Positions 9,505 to 19,067 of a DNA stretch of 64,000 bases are shown here, in pieces; within the stretch, counting starts at the first letter, position 1, and the number at the start of each line of letters is the position of its first letter. The DNA lies in IMG/VR virus record IMGVR_UViG_3300037518_000322, positions 32,001 to 96,000 of that record; one strand, given 5' to 3'. The DNA is from a virus. A model generated the notes under the pieces. It ran no database searches, had not been told where the DNA came from, and saw nothing but the letters and a program-made list of their open reading frames with translations. Made by a program: the position numbers and the translations under genes.

Positions 9505-10573
9505 CGTCCCTGTGTATACGACGAGAGAGACCATCAAGCGTGCGCTGGACCAGGGTGAGGTCGCACGGAACAACGTCAACATCGACCGGTGTATCGAGAC
9601 CGCGTCGCGTAACGCTGAGACGCTGTGTCATCGTCATGCCTTCTATCCGCAGGTGGACACGCGGAAGTTCGACTGGCCCAACGAGCAGGACGCGCTGTCG
9701 TGGCGGCTGTGGCTGGATGATCATCTTCTGATCTCTGTGACGTCGATGACGTCGGGCGGGGATGCGATTTCCACGTCGTCCATTTTTCTGGAGCCGAACC
9801 GGTCGGGTCCGCCTTTCAACCAGCTCCAGATATCCACCGCGTCGTCGGCGGCTTTCGGGATCGGGTCCACCCATCAGCAGGACATTTCGATCACCGGCCT
9901 GTGGGGCTGGAACGACGACCACACGACTGCTGGGGTGACGGTGGAGGCGCTCGACGCCTCGGAGACCGGCGTTGATGTGGACGCGGCGGCCTCCGCGCGT
10001 GTCGGTGTTGGCTCCATCCTGAAGATCGGTACCGAGCGGCTGCTGGTGACCGAGCGGGTCCAGCTCGATACCGGGGTGAACGTCGGTGGAGCGGGTCTGA
10101 CGAACGGTAAGGGTGACACCGCGTTGACGGTGGCGGATGGGACGGTGTTCGCGGTGGGTGAGGTGCTCCTCATCGACTCCGAGCGTGTCCTGGTCACTGA
10201 TATCGCGGGGAACACGCTGGTGATCGAGCGTGCCTTCGACGGCACCAACTCCGCTGCGCACACTACGAGTTCAGACATTTACGCGCCGCGCACCCTGACC
10301 GTCACGCGGGGCGCCTTGGGGTCCACGGCCGCCACGCATGACAACGGTGCGACGGTCTCGGTGTGGACGGTCCCGCCTGCTCTGCGGCAGCTTGTCACGT
10401 CCGAGGCGATCCATGAGCTGATGCAGGAGCAGACCGGCTGGTTCCGCACCATGTCGGCGTCGTCGATCTTCGGCGGCACAGCGAAGCGGGCTGCCACGAT
10501 CGATGCGATCGTCGATTACCGCGAGCAGGCGTACCGCACGCATGGGCGTAAGGCGCGGTCCCGGACTGTCTGA
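9494..10573 (+). CDS. head-tail connector/adaptor with inserted beta domains
   Basis: N-terminus YTTRETIKRAL...IETASRNAETLC; ITGLWGW; C-terminus VPPALRQ. GGAGG RBS. Confidence 0.7.
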   Translation: MAIDVPVYTTRETIKRALDQGEVARNNVNIDRCIETASRNAETLCHRHAFYPQVDTRKFDWPNEQDALSWRLWLDDHLLISVTSMTSGGDAISTSSIFLEPNRSGPPFNQLQISTASSAAFGIGSTHQQDISITGLWGWNDDHTTAGVTVEALDASETGVDVDAAASARVGVGSILKIGTERLLVTERVQLDTGVNVGGAGLTNGKGDTALTVADGTVFAVGEVLLIDSERVLVTDIAGNTLVIERAFDGTNSAAHTTSSDIYAPRTLTVTRGALGSTAATHDNGATVSVWTVPPALRQLVTSEAIHELMQEQTGWFRTMSASSIFGGTAKRAATIDAIVDYREQAYRTHGRKARSRTV

Positions 10574-10584
10574 GAGGGGCTCTC

Positions 10585-10995
10585 GTGGCGAGTGTCGGCT
10601 ACCACATCAGTTTCCGGTCCCGGGCGCAGGGGCCCATCTCGTCCGGTCGGATCCACAAGCATGTGCGGGACTACGAGAAGGATGTCGCACGCGAGTTGTC
10701 GGAGGAGGCCGAGGACACCTGGCTGAACCTCCTGGATGTGCGTCTGCGTCATCAGAGGCCGTACTACACGACGCAGATCGCTACCAGGAAGGTCGCCTGG
10801 AACCGGTACAAGATCCATGACAGCGGCGTGATTTACGGCCACTGGCTGGAAGGCACAGGGTCCCGGAACGCCCCCGTCACGGTCTTCCCTGGCTACTGGT
10901 CCATGCGGGACACCAAGGCCGAGATGAAGATCAAGCGTAGGCCCATCGCTGAAGAGATTCTCGTACAGCACCAGGCCCGGGGCCGTCTGATCTAG
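10585..10995 (+). CDS. neck/tail-completion protein (HK97 gp10-like)
   Basis: YGHWLEGTG motif; basic protein; position in the head-tail module. Confidence 0.6.
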   Translation: MASVGYHISFRSRAQGPISSGRIHKHVRDYEKDVARELSEEAEDTWLNLLDVRLRHQRPYYTTQIATRKVAWNRYKIHDSGVIYGHWLEGTGSRNAPVTVFPGYWSMRDTKAEMKIKRRPIAEEILVQHQARGRLI

Positions 10996-11004
10996 GAGGA
11001 ACCC

Positions 11005-11460
11005 GTGGCGCTCGACATCGACAGCATCCTCGACACCGTGGTCACTCATGCGCAGGCTACCGGCTGGTTCCAGACCGTCGAGGAGCATGAGTCGAAGATA
11101 CAGAACACCAACTCCATCACGGCTGGTGTGTGGATCGAGAGCATCGACCCCATCAAGAGTTCGGGTCTGGCCTCCGTCTCGGTTCGGCTGGAGCTGGAGA
11201 TGCGTATCTACGGCTCGACGATGACGGAGCCGTACGGTGACATCGACTCCAACCTGGCCAAGGCGGTCGATGCCTTGTTCGCCGCGTATCTCGGGGATTT
11301 CGACTTGGGCAGTGAGGCCCGGCACATCGACATTTTCGGTGCGCATGGGCGGGGGCTCGGGGTTCGCTCGGGTTATCTGAACATGGGTGGCCGTGAGCTG
11401 CGGGTCTTTCAGATCCGGCTGCCGATCATCCTTAACGACATTTGGGATGAAACCGCTTAA
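11005..11460 (+). CDS. putative tail terminator protein
   Basis: Position immediately before the tail tube genes; ~150 aa; AGGAGG RBS. Confidence 0.6.
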   Translation: MALDIDSILDTVVTHAQATGWFQTVEEHESKIQNTNSITAGVWIESIDPIKSSGLASVSVRLELEMRIYGSTMTEPYGDIDSNLAKAVDALFAAYLGDFDLGSEARHIDIFGAHGRGLGVRSGYLNMGGRELRVFQIRLPIILNDIWDETA

Positions 11461-11482
11461 GCCGTACATCTTAGCCATTTTG

Positions 11483-11508
11483 AGCCCCGTTTCCTCGGGG
11501 CTTTTTCT
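11483..11508 (+). terminator. intrinsic terminator-like hairpin
   Basis: AGCCCCG-TTTCCT-CGGGGCT followed by TTTT. Confidence 0.6.
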
Positions 11509-11531
11509 ATGCCCCCGAGGAGGAGGTCCCC

Positions 11532-12917
11532 GTGGCCAAGCAGTCCGGTTTGGGCGATAATTTCTATTTGGGGGGATTTGACCTTTCCGGTGACACCGCG
11601 TCCCTCGGTGAAATCGGCGGCGGCATCGCCGTCATCGAAACGACCGGCATCGACAAGTCCGCCTTCGAGCGTATTGGCGGCCAGCGGGACGGTCGTATCG
11701 AGTGGGTCTCCCACTTCAACCCCTCCACCGACCAGCAGCACGACACGTTGTCCACCCTGCCGACCACCGACCGGCACCTCATGTACTGCCGTGGCACGAC
11801 GCTCGGCAATGCGGCTGCCTGCCTGGTCGGCAAGCAGCTCAACTATGACCCCACCCGGGACACCGACGGCAAGCTGACCATCGCGGTGCGCGCTGAGGCC
11901 AACGGCTTCGGCCTGGAGTGGGGCAAGCAGCTCACCGCAGGCCAGCGCACCGACACCTCAGCCACCGAAGGCACCGCCGTGGAATTCGGGTACACCGGCG
12001 AGGACTTCCTCTTCCTGTCCGGCAGCTCCGGGGACTATGCCGATACCCCGGACGCCGCCGGGCTCGACATCACCGGTGACATCGACATCCGTGCCCGTAT
12101 CGCCATGGACGACTGGACCCCGGCGGCCGAGTCGACCGTCATCGCCAAGTACACCGCCACTGGCGACGAACGCTCCTACGCGCTCGCCATCACCACGGGC
12201 GGCAACCTCATCCTGCGGTGGTCGGAGGACGGCGCCGTCGAGCTGACGGAAACCTCGTCGGTGGCGACCGGGTTCACCGACGGGACCACGCACTGGGTCC
12301 GCGTGACGATGGACGTGGACAACGGCTCCTCCGACGCCGACATCATCTTCTACACCAGTGAAGACGGCTCCACCTGGACCCAGCTCGGCGCCACCCAGAA
12401 CAACGGCTCCACCACATCCATCTTCGCCTCCACCGCCGTCCTGGAAATCGGCGCCCAGAGCGTCGGCACCGTCAACCGTATGGCGGGCAAGTTCTTCGAG
12501 GGCAGCGTCCTGACCGGCATCGCCGGTACAGCGGTCGCAGCCCCCGACGCCGACCAGGCCACCGACGGCATCACTGATGCCACCCCGCTGACCTGGACCG
12601 TACAGGGCGACGCGTTCATCTCCAGCCACACCGTCTTCGGCGGGCAGGCCTACCTCCAGGTCTTCGACTTCACCGGCGACGACGTAACAGTCAAGCTCCA
12701 GCACAGCCACGACAACGGCGGGGAAGACGCATTCGCCGACATCACCGGCGGCGGCTTCACGGCCATCGGCTCAGCGCCAACGACGGAGCGGATCGCCACC
12801 GCCGCCACCCTGGAGATCAAGCGCTATGTGCGAGCGGTGACAGTGACAACAGGCGGCTTCACCAATCTCGTGTTCTCCGTGATGTTCACACAAAACATCA
12901 CATCGACCGTTTTCTGA
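11532..12917 (+). CDS. tail-tube-like protein with lectin (LamG-like) domain
   Basis: N-terminus MAKQSGL...TTGIDKSAFER is paralogous to 13491..13916. Internal domain is shared with 19068..22955. Confidence 0.7.
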   Translation: MAKQSGLGDNFYLGGFDLSGDTASLGEIGGGIAVIETTGIDKSAFERIGGQRDGRIEWVSHFNPSTDQQHDTLSTLPTTDRHLMYCRGTTLGNAAACLVGKQLNYDPTRDTDGKLTIAVRAEANGFGLEWGKQLTAGQRTDTSATEGTAVEFGYTGEDFLFLSGSSGDYADTPDAAGLDITGDIDIRARIAMDDWTPAAESTVIAKYTATGDERSYALAITTGGNLILRWSEDGAVELTETSSVATGFTDGTTHWVRVTMDVDNGSSDADIIFYTSEDGSTWTQLGATQNNGSTTSIFASTAVLEIGAQSVGTVNRMAGKFFEGSVLTGIAGTAVAAPDADQATDGITDATPLTWTVQGDAFISSHTVFGGQAYLQVFDFTGDDVTVKLQHSHDNGGEDAFADITGGGFTAIGSAPTTERIATAATLEIKRYVRAVTVTTGGFTNLVFSVMFTQNITSTVF

Positions 12918-12939
12918 CCAATAGTCCGGGGAGGACTTC

Positions 12940-13383
12940 ATGCGCCCGACGAACCGCATCGCCCCACTGGGGCAGGTCCAGGACTACCGCACGTTCCAGA
13001 TCCTCGCCCCCGCCTCGACGCACCGCCGGAAGGCTTCGTGCGCCGAGGTGAACTGCACGCAGTACCTGCACGGTTGGCGGGTCCGCGTGGACGGACTGGA
13101 CCCCCAGATGCTGCACACGGCGAAGACATCGGGCCGGAAGTACACCGAACTCCACGTCGCCGAGGGCGAGAACTGGCTCGTCTTCGAGGCGGGACAGAGC
13201 TGCTTCAAGATGTCCCAGCACAGTGTCCCGCTGGACAAACGGGAACTCTTCATCGCACGCGACGGCGACTTCCGGGGAAACCCGACCGGGAACATCCGCA
13301 AGCACACCCGGCCCGAATTCTGGGTTGAGGAGATGTCACTGAATTTGGACAAGGTCCGGGACCGGCAGCAGCGGCACGGATAA
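12940..13383 (+). CDS. hypothetical protein (Cys/His-containing)
   Basis: GGAGG RBS; ORF in the tail operon. Confidence 0.65.
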   Translation: MRPTNRIAPLGQVQDYRTFQILAPASTHRRKASCAEVNCTQYLHGWRVRVDGLDPQMLHTAKTSGRKYTELHVAEGENWLVFEAGQSCFKMSQHSVPLDKRELFIARDGDFRGNPTGNIRKHTRPEFWVEEMSLNLDKVRDRQQRHG

Positions 13384-13490
13384 CAAACAACGACCGCTCC
13401 ACACATTAGGCCCGTCGCTGGTTTGCGACGGGCCTTCTCTATGCCCGGAGAACGGTGCTGCCGCTCTCCTTTACTTAGGAGGGGATCCAA

Positions 13491-13916
13491 TTGGCCAAAG
13501 AGTCCGGACTCGCGTGGGACAAGCTCGAAGTGGACGACAGTGGCGGAACACTTCGGGACATTCGCAATGACACGACAAACCTGGAGTTCGCGACTCCGCG
13601 TGCAACCCAGGACACCACAGGTATCGACAAGTCGGCGATGGAGCGTCTGCTCCTGCTCGCCGACTTCACCATCACTATGAACGGCGTCTTCAACGATGAC
13701 GGTGATACATCGGCGCACAGCGTGTTCAAGACGATCCCGTCCTCTGATAACGCGCGTGAGATCAACATCCAGGTGTCGGATCAGATCCTTGGAGTGACGC
13801 CTGCGTTCACGATCCTGCTCACCGACTACCCGCTCTCCCGCTCGGACTCCGGTGAGCTCACCTGGGCTGTGCCTGGGAGCTTGGCTAGCGGCGACGTTCC
13901 CGCGTGGACAACCTGA
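13491..13916 (+). CDS. major tail (tube) protein
   Basis: TTG start with AGGAGG RBS; directly precedes the tail chaperone and tape measure; flanked by terminator hairpins. Confidence 0.75.
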   Translation: MAKESGLAWDKLEVDDSGGTLRDIRNDTTNLEFATPRATQDTTGIDKSAMERLLLLADFTITMNGVFNDDGDTSAHSVFKTIPSSDNAREINIQVSDQILGVTPAFTILLTDYPLSRSDSGELTWAVPGSLASGDVPAWTT

Positions 13917-13998
13917 GTCAGTCCGCACATTCAAGCACTTCGGCAGTCCATCGCAGGTGCGGTGGGCTTTTTTCATGCCCATTTCCGGGGAGGGCCTT

Positions 13999-14391
13999 AT
14001 GGCCGGTTTCAAGCGTAAGAAGAAGATCTACAAGCTGGACTTCGAGGGGACTGAGTATGACGGCCTGGAGGTGAAGGTCGGTGGTCTCACCACGGGTGAG
14101 TTCCTGGAGTTGATCGGTCTGTCGGCTCCGGGGACCGAGGAGTCGAATGAGACGGAGAAGATGATGCAGTTCTTCTCCGCGCATCTGGTCTCCTGGAATC
14201 TGGAGGATGAGAACGATGAGCCGGTTCCGGCGACGTTCGATGGTGTGAAGACGAATGAGCTGGCGATGAACCAGTTCATTGTCAGTTCGTGGATCAGTGC
14301 TTTGGCTGATGTGCCGGAGGCTACTGAAAAAAAGTCCTCCGGTGGCGAGACTCCCCTTATGGACTCGATTCCGACGGAAACATTGCTGTAA
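13999..14391 (+). CDS. tail assembly chaperone (gpG)
   Basis: HLVSWNLEDEND motif; lies between the tail tube and tape measure; slippery A AAA AAG at 14328-14334. Confidence 0.85.
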   Translation: MAGFKRKKKIYKLDFEGTEYDGLEVKVGGLTTGEFLELIGLSAPGTEESNETEKMMQFFSAHLVSWNLEDENDEPVPATFDGVKTNELAMNQFIVSSWISALADVPEATEKKSSGGETPLMDSIPTETLL

Positions 14392-14546
14392 AGCCGGGGG
14401 AGCTTGAGCGGGCGGAGACCGTCATCAAGCTCTGCAAGTTTTTCCACAAGCTGCCCAGTGAGATTCTGGCTGAGGATGCCGAGATTCTTCAGTTGCTGAA
14501 GATTTATCGTCTTGGGAATCCTGGGGAGGAGGATGGCGATGGCTGA
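14334..14546 (+). CDS. -1 frameshift extension of tail chaperone (gpGT)
   Basis: The -1 frame after A AAA AAG stays open for 70 codons (VLRWRDSPY...LCKFFHKLPSEILAED...) to TGA 14546. Confidence 0.8.
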   Translation, partial: VLRWRDSPYGLDSDGNIAVKPGELERAETVIKLCKFFHKLPSEILAEDAEILQLLKIYRLGNPGEEDGDG

Positions 14547-17500
14547 TGACATCACTCTGACTGTCCGGGTCCGGGATCTGACGCGTGGTCAGTTCGATGA
14601 TGTGCGTCGCCGTATGCGGGGCATGGATGGTGACATCCGTCGTCTGGGGCAGGCCAGTGGGCAGACGGGCGAGCGTTTTCAGCGGATGAGCCGTGACCTC
14701 CAGGGCGCCGCCGGTCGTCTGAGGCAGCTTCAGCGTGATGGGAATCTTGCGCGGAGCGAGATGGATTTCATGCGCAGGTCCATGGGGCTGCTGTCGCGTG
14801 ATCTGCGGCAGGCGGCGCGGGACGGGGATCTGACGGCGGATGAGTTCCGTGGTCTTCAGCGGGAGCTGGAGCGTACACGCCTGGACTTCGACCGCCTGGA
14901 CAACGAGATCCGTCGGCATGATGCGGTGGCCCAGCGATCCGCTCGTGCGCAGCGGGAGCGGTTGCGGGAGGAGGCGGCTGCCCGGAGGCGGGCGGAGCGG
15001 GAGGAGCAGGGGCGTCAGCGGGTGGCGAACGCTGCCCAGCGTGCTGCGCAGGCGCGGGCCCGTGAGGCTGTTGCTGCGGCGCGGCGGCGTGCTCGTGAGG
15101 AAGCGGCGGCGCTGCGTGAGGCGGGGAACATTCATGCGGCTGCGATCCGGCGTCGTCAGCAGATGGATGCTGCTGCTGCGCGGGATGAGCGTCGTCAGCA
15201 GATGGCCCGTGCGAATCGGTTCGTTGCGCAGCAGCGTCGTATTTCAAATGCGCACTCGGCTGCGATCCGCGAGGAGGCGCAGCGTAATCAGCGGGCTGAG
15301 GCCGAGCGGCGGCGGGCTGAGGCGGCAGCTTTGGCTGAGCGGCGGCGGGCTGCGGCTGCGGCTGCGGCGGATTTGCAGCGGCGGACGGGGGCGTTGGCCG
15401 GGCGTGGTGGTGATGATGCTGGTTTGACTCGGCGTTTTCGTGGTTTGAGTGATAGTAGTACGCAGCGGATGACGCGTGGTTTTACGCGGCTTGCTGGTGC
15501 GATGGATGGTGTGAGTGGGAGCACCGATCGGGCTCGCCGGAATGTGACTGCGCTGAATGATGACCTGGACACGATGTCTCGGGTGTTGCAGGGTGCGTTG
15601 CGGGATGGGCGGTTGTCGCGGCGTGAGTTCGATGCGTTGTCGAATGGTTTGCGTGATGTGGATCGTACGGCTCGGAACTTGGTCCGGTCGGGCGATTTGT
15701 CACGTTCTGCGTTTCGTGGGATGCGTGGTGAGGCTGAGACGCTGCGTGCGCGGCTGCGTCTGCTCGCCGGTGAGGGCACTCGTTTCGGCCGGTTGAACGA
15801 CCGGCTGTTTCTTCTTCAGCGGCGCATGACTGATGCGGGGGATGGGGCGGGGCGTCTGCGTCGCACGTTCGGGCATCTGGGTGGCGCTGGCATCCGTGGC
15901 CTGAGTCAGGGACTGCGTGGTGTGGGTGCGGCCCTCGCGCCGCTCAACAGCGGGTTCCAGGCGCTGCGCCGTGGTCTGCGGAATGGTCGTAACGGTGCGC
16001 AGATTCTTCTTGCTGTGCTTGTTCTGATCGGGCCGGTTGCGCAGCTTCTGGGTACGTTGCTGGTCACCGTTCTGGGTGGTGCGTTTTTGGCGCTGGGTGC
16101 GTTCGCTCTGCGGTCCGAGAGGACTGTGACGGATGCGTTCAACCGGATGAAGACGACGGTGGGTGCGTCTGTCCGGGAGGCTGCGCAGCCGCTCAAGGGT
16201 GCTCTGGTTCAGGGTATGGACCAGGTGAGTGCTGCGGTTTTGCGTATGCGGCCGGTGTTGGAGGCGGCTTTTGCTGCCACTGCGCCGTTGGTCAAGGATT
16301 TGGTGGGCTCGATCACCGATTTCGCGGCGGGTGCTCTGCCTGGTATGACGGCGAGTCTCCAGTCGGCTGGTCCGGTCATTCAGGGGTTCCGTGAGGGTAT
16401 GGAACTCATTGGTAAGGGCATCGGTGAGATGTTCACTGCCATGACTGCTGGTGGTGGTGCGGAGGGACTGCGTCAGTCTTTCAATAATATCAGCGGTGAG
16501 ATCCGTGAGGCTCTGGTCGACATCGGCGAGTTCATCAACGCCATGGGGCGGAGCCAGACTGCGGCACTTCTGGCGTCGGCTATTTTTGAGACGCTCAGTT
16601 CCATTCTGATCGTCCTTGAAGGTGCGTTCAAGCTCGTCGACAATACTCTTGGTCCTCTTCTTGGTCTTCTGGAGAAGACGGGAATTCTTGGTGGTGGGCT
16701 GGGGATTCTGGCGAAGGGCATGGAGGCCCTGGGCATCTCCAGCGTGGACACCGCCAGTGGCATGAAGGATCTGGAGGATTCCTTCGGCAGGGGCAGTAAG
16801 AGCGCCAAGCAGCTGAAGGTGGAGCTGGCGGATATCGACCGTGAGATTGCGAAGTTTGAGTCTATTCGCGATCAGGGTGTTGAGTTCAAGGCGGGTGATG
16901 ATCCTCTCCCTGGGCTTCTCCAGAAGCGTAAGGATCTGCTGCTGGCTATTGCGACAGCTGAGGGTGACGCCGCAGACAAGACGAATGAGCATGCGCAGTC
17001 TGTTCAGTCGCTGAAAGATGCTATGCGCGAGCTGAACGCGGACAACTTGTCCTTCTTCGATGCCCAGACCCGCGCCGGTGAAGCGGTCGACAAGATGACG
17101 GAGTCGTTCAAGGAGAACGGCGCCACTCTGGACGCGAGCACCGAGAAAGGTCAGAAGAACCGGGACAGTGTGTCGGGTGTCGCCAAGGCGCACAATGATC
17201 TGATTGAGTCTGCCGAAAAATCCGGCACTTCTCTGGAAAAGGTCAGTAAGCGGACTGGTGAGCTCCGTGAGCAGATGATCGCGAATGTCATGGAGACGGG
17301 GCGCGGCAGGGAAGCGGCTGAGGCGTATGTCAATGCTCTGATTGGTACTCCAGAGAGTGTCAAGACGTTCATTGACCTTCAGAAGGACGCGGCCCTGGAA
17401 GGCATGGCGGCGGTGAAGCAGGCGTTCGTTGACCAGCCGGGCAAGAAGACCATCACGGTCGACGCCATGAATGACCAGGCTCTAGAGGCGTTGCGTGCGG

Positions 17501-19044
17501 TGGGCTTCAAGGTCGAGCGGCTGCCGAACGGCAAGGTGAAGGTCACTACGTTCAACGCGGATGCTCTCTCCGACATCGCAGCTGTCAATCTCGCCATGAA
17601 CAATCTGGACGGCAAGACAGCGAACACGTACACGTACCATCACGTCCGGACTATCGGACTTGCGGCGGCGGCGGCGGGGATCGCGGCTCTGGGTAATCCG
17701 GCGTCGGCGCAGGCCCTTCTTGGCGGTGCTTCTGGTGGTTTGGCAGACAGCCTTCCCCGCAGGGGTTTCGCTGGTGGTGGGGCGACCGGTCGGGTACTGA
17801 ACGGCCCTGGGACGAAGACGTCTGACAGCTTGATCGCCCGTCTCTCGCGCGGCGAGTTCGTCATGCAGGCCAAAGCCGTCGACATGTACGGCCCGGACTT
17901 CATGCGTGCTGTCAACGCGGGGATTCTGGAATTTCCGGGGTTCGCCGGGGGTGGTGTGACGAAGAAGGAGAAGGCGGCCCGCAAGGCGGCGACGGGTGAG
18001 CTGACCGTCTCTCGCTTCGGGAAGATGGCTGGGTTCCAGGATCCGGAGATCCGCAACCAGTTGTCGAGCGACGCGAACGATTCCGTGATGGACCTGGTGA
18101 AGCACCTCAACAAGTGGCGCTCCATCATCAAGAAGACGACGCATGGGGGTCTTGAGCGGTTCCTGTTGCGGTCTCTGGACCGGGCGGGCCGGGCGTTGCT
18201 CAAGCAGGAGAAGTCTCTCCTCAAGGTCAACAAGTCGTTGGAGAAGGCCAAGGACAAGCTGAATGACCTCAAGTCGTCGGCGGCTCAGCTCAAGGAGAGC
18301 GTCAAGTCGGGGATCGTCGGCGAAGCGAATATCACCAGGGCTGCCACTGCTGAGGATTCGCGGGTCACGATCAACACCATCCTGAGCCAGATGACGGGCA
18401 GTTCGGCGAACTCGAAGCAGTTCGCTTCCATGCTCGGCCAGTTGAGGACGCGCGGCCTGTCCAGTGATCTGATCTCCCAGATCGGTGAGGCTGGGGTTTC
18501 CGGTGGCGGCATGGAGACTGCTGCTGCGATTCTCGGCGGCGGTAAGGCGGAGATCAAGCGGATCAACTCGTTGCAGGCGGAGATCCGGCGATTTGCGGGT
18601 CAGGCCGGTAAGACGACGGCGGATGCCATGTTCGCGTCCGGTATCAAGGCCGCTGACGGTCTCGTGAAGGGCCTGACGAAGAATAAGAAAAAGATCGAAG
18701 CCGCCATGGAGCGGATCGCCATAGGCATGGAGAGGGCGATCAAGAAGGCGCTGAAGATCAAGTCTCCGTCGCAGGTGATGGAGAAGGTCGGCTGGTTGAC
18801 GGCCGAGGGATTCGACGTCGGTGTCAAGAAGCATGGCCGTGCGGCACTGCCGTGGGAGTCGATGCTGACCACCGGGCCGTCTACCGCCACTGGTGGTGGG
18901 TCGGGCCGTGGAGCGTCCAGTCAGCCGATCGTCGTGAATCTCAGCATTGCCGGTCGTGACCTCGGTGAGATTGTCATCGATCCGCTGCGGCGGGCCATCA
19001 GTCACCGGGGCGGGAATGTTCAGGCGGCGCTCGGAAAGGCGTGA
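14539..19044 (+). CDS. tape measure protein
   Basis: ~1500 aa, Ala/Arg-rich helical; internal hydrophobic segment; GPGTKTSDSLIARLSRGEFV motif; LKIKSPS C-terminal motif. Confidence 0.93.
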   Translation: MADDITLTVRVRDLTRGQFDDVRRRMRGMDGDIRRLGQASGQTGERFQRMSRDLQGAAGRLRQLQRDGNLARSEMDFMRRSMGLLSRDLRQAARDGDLTADEFRGLQRELERTRLDFDRLDNEIRRHDAVAQRSARAQRERLREEAAARRRAEREEQGRQRVANAAQRAAQARAREAVAAARRRAREEAAALREAGNIHAAAIRRRQQMDAAAARDERRQQMARANRFVAQQRRISNAHSAAIREEAQRNQRAEAERRRAEAAALAERRRAAAAAAADLQRRTGALAGRGGDDAGLTRRFRGLSDSSTQRMTRGFTRLAGAMDGVSGSTDRARRNVTALNDDLDTMSRVLQGALRDGRLSRREFDALSNGLRDVDRTARNLVRSGDLSRSAFRGMRGEAETLRARLRLLAGEGTRFGRLNDRLFLLQRRMTDAGDGAGRLRRTFGHLGGAGIRGLSQGLRGVGAALAPLNSGFQALRRGLRNGRNGAQILLAVLVLIGPVAQLLGTLLVTVLGGAFLALGAFALRSERTVTDAFNRMKTTVGASVREAAQPLKGALVQGMDQVSAAVLRMRPVLEAAFAATAPLVKDLVGSITDFAAGALPGMTASLQSAGPVIQGFREGMELIGKGIGEMFTAMTAGGGAEGLRQSFNNISGEIREALVDIGEFINAMGRSQTAALLASAIFETLSSILIVLEGAFKLVDNTLGPLLGLLEKTGILGGGLGILAKGMEALGISSVDTASGMKDLEDSFGRGSKSAKQLKVELADIDREIAKFESIRDQGVEFKAGDDPLPGLLQKRKDLLLAIATAEGDAADKTNEHAQSVQSLKDAMRELNADNLSFFDAQTRAGEAVDKMTESFKENGATLDASTEKGQKNRDSVSGVAKAHNDLIESAEKSGTSLEKVSKRTGELREQMIANVMETGRGREAAEAYVNALIGTPESVKTFIDLQKDAALEGMAAVKQAFVDQPGKKTITVDAMNDQALEALRAVGFKVERLPNGKVKVTTFNADALSDIAAVNLAMNNLDGKTANTYTYHHVRTIGLAAAAAGIAALGNPASAQALLGGASGGLADSLPRRGFAGGGATGRVLNGPGTKTSDSLIARLSRGEFVMQAKAVDMYGPDFMRAVNAGILEFPGFAGGGVTKKEKAARKAATGELTVSRFGKMAGFQDPEIRNQLSSDANDSVMDLVKHLNKWRSIIKKTTHGGLERFLLRSLDRAGRALLKQEKSLLKVNKSLEKAKDKLNDLKSSAAQLKESVKSGIVGEANITRAATAEDSRVTINTILSQMTGSSANSKQFASMLGQLRTRGLSSDLISQIGEAGVSGGGMETAAAILGGGKAEIKRINSLQAEIRRFAGQAGKTTADAMFASGIKAADGLVKGLTKNKKKIEAAMERIAIGMERAIKKALKIKSPSQVMEKVGWLTAEGFDVGVKKHGRAALPWESMLTTGPSTATGGGSGRGASSQPIVVNLSIAGRDLGEIVIDPLRRAISHRGGNVQAALGKA

Positions 19045-19067
19045 TTCCATGATGGGGAGGCGGGGCT

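Noticed and set aside
14940-15400. Ala/Arg-rich low-complexity repeats
   Set aside because: Ordinary helical segment of the tape measure protein.
2904-19050. Long antisense ORFs (e.g. 2904..4496, 15700..17193, 17482..19050)
   Set aside because: They are shadow frames of high-GC structural genes, with no motifs or RBS.
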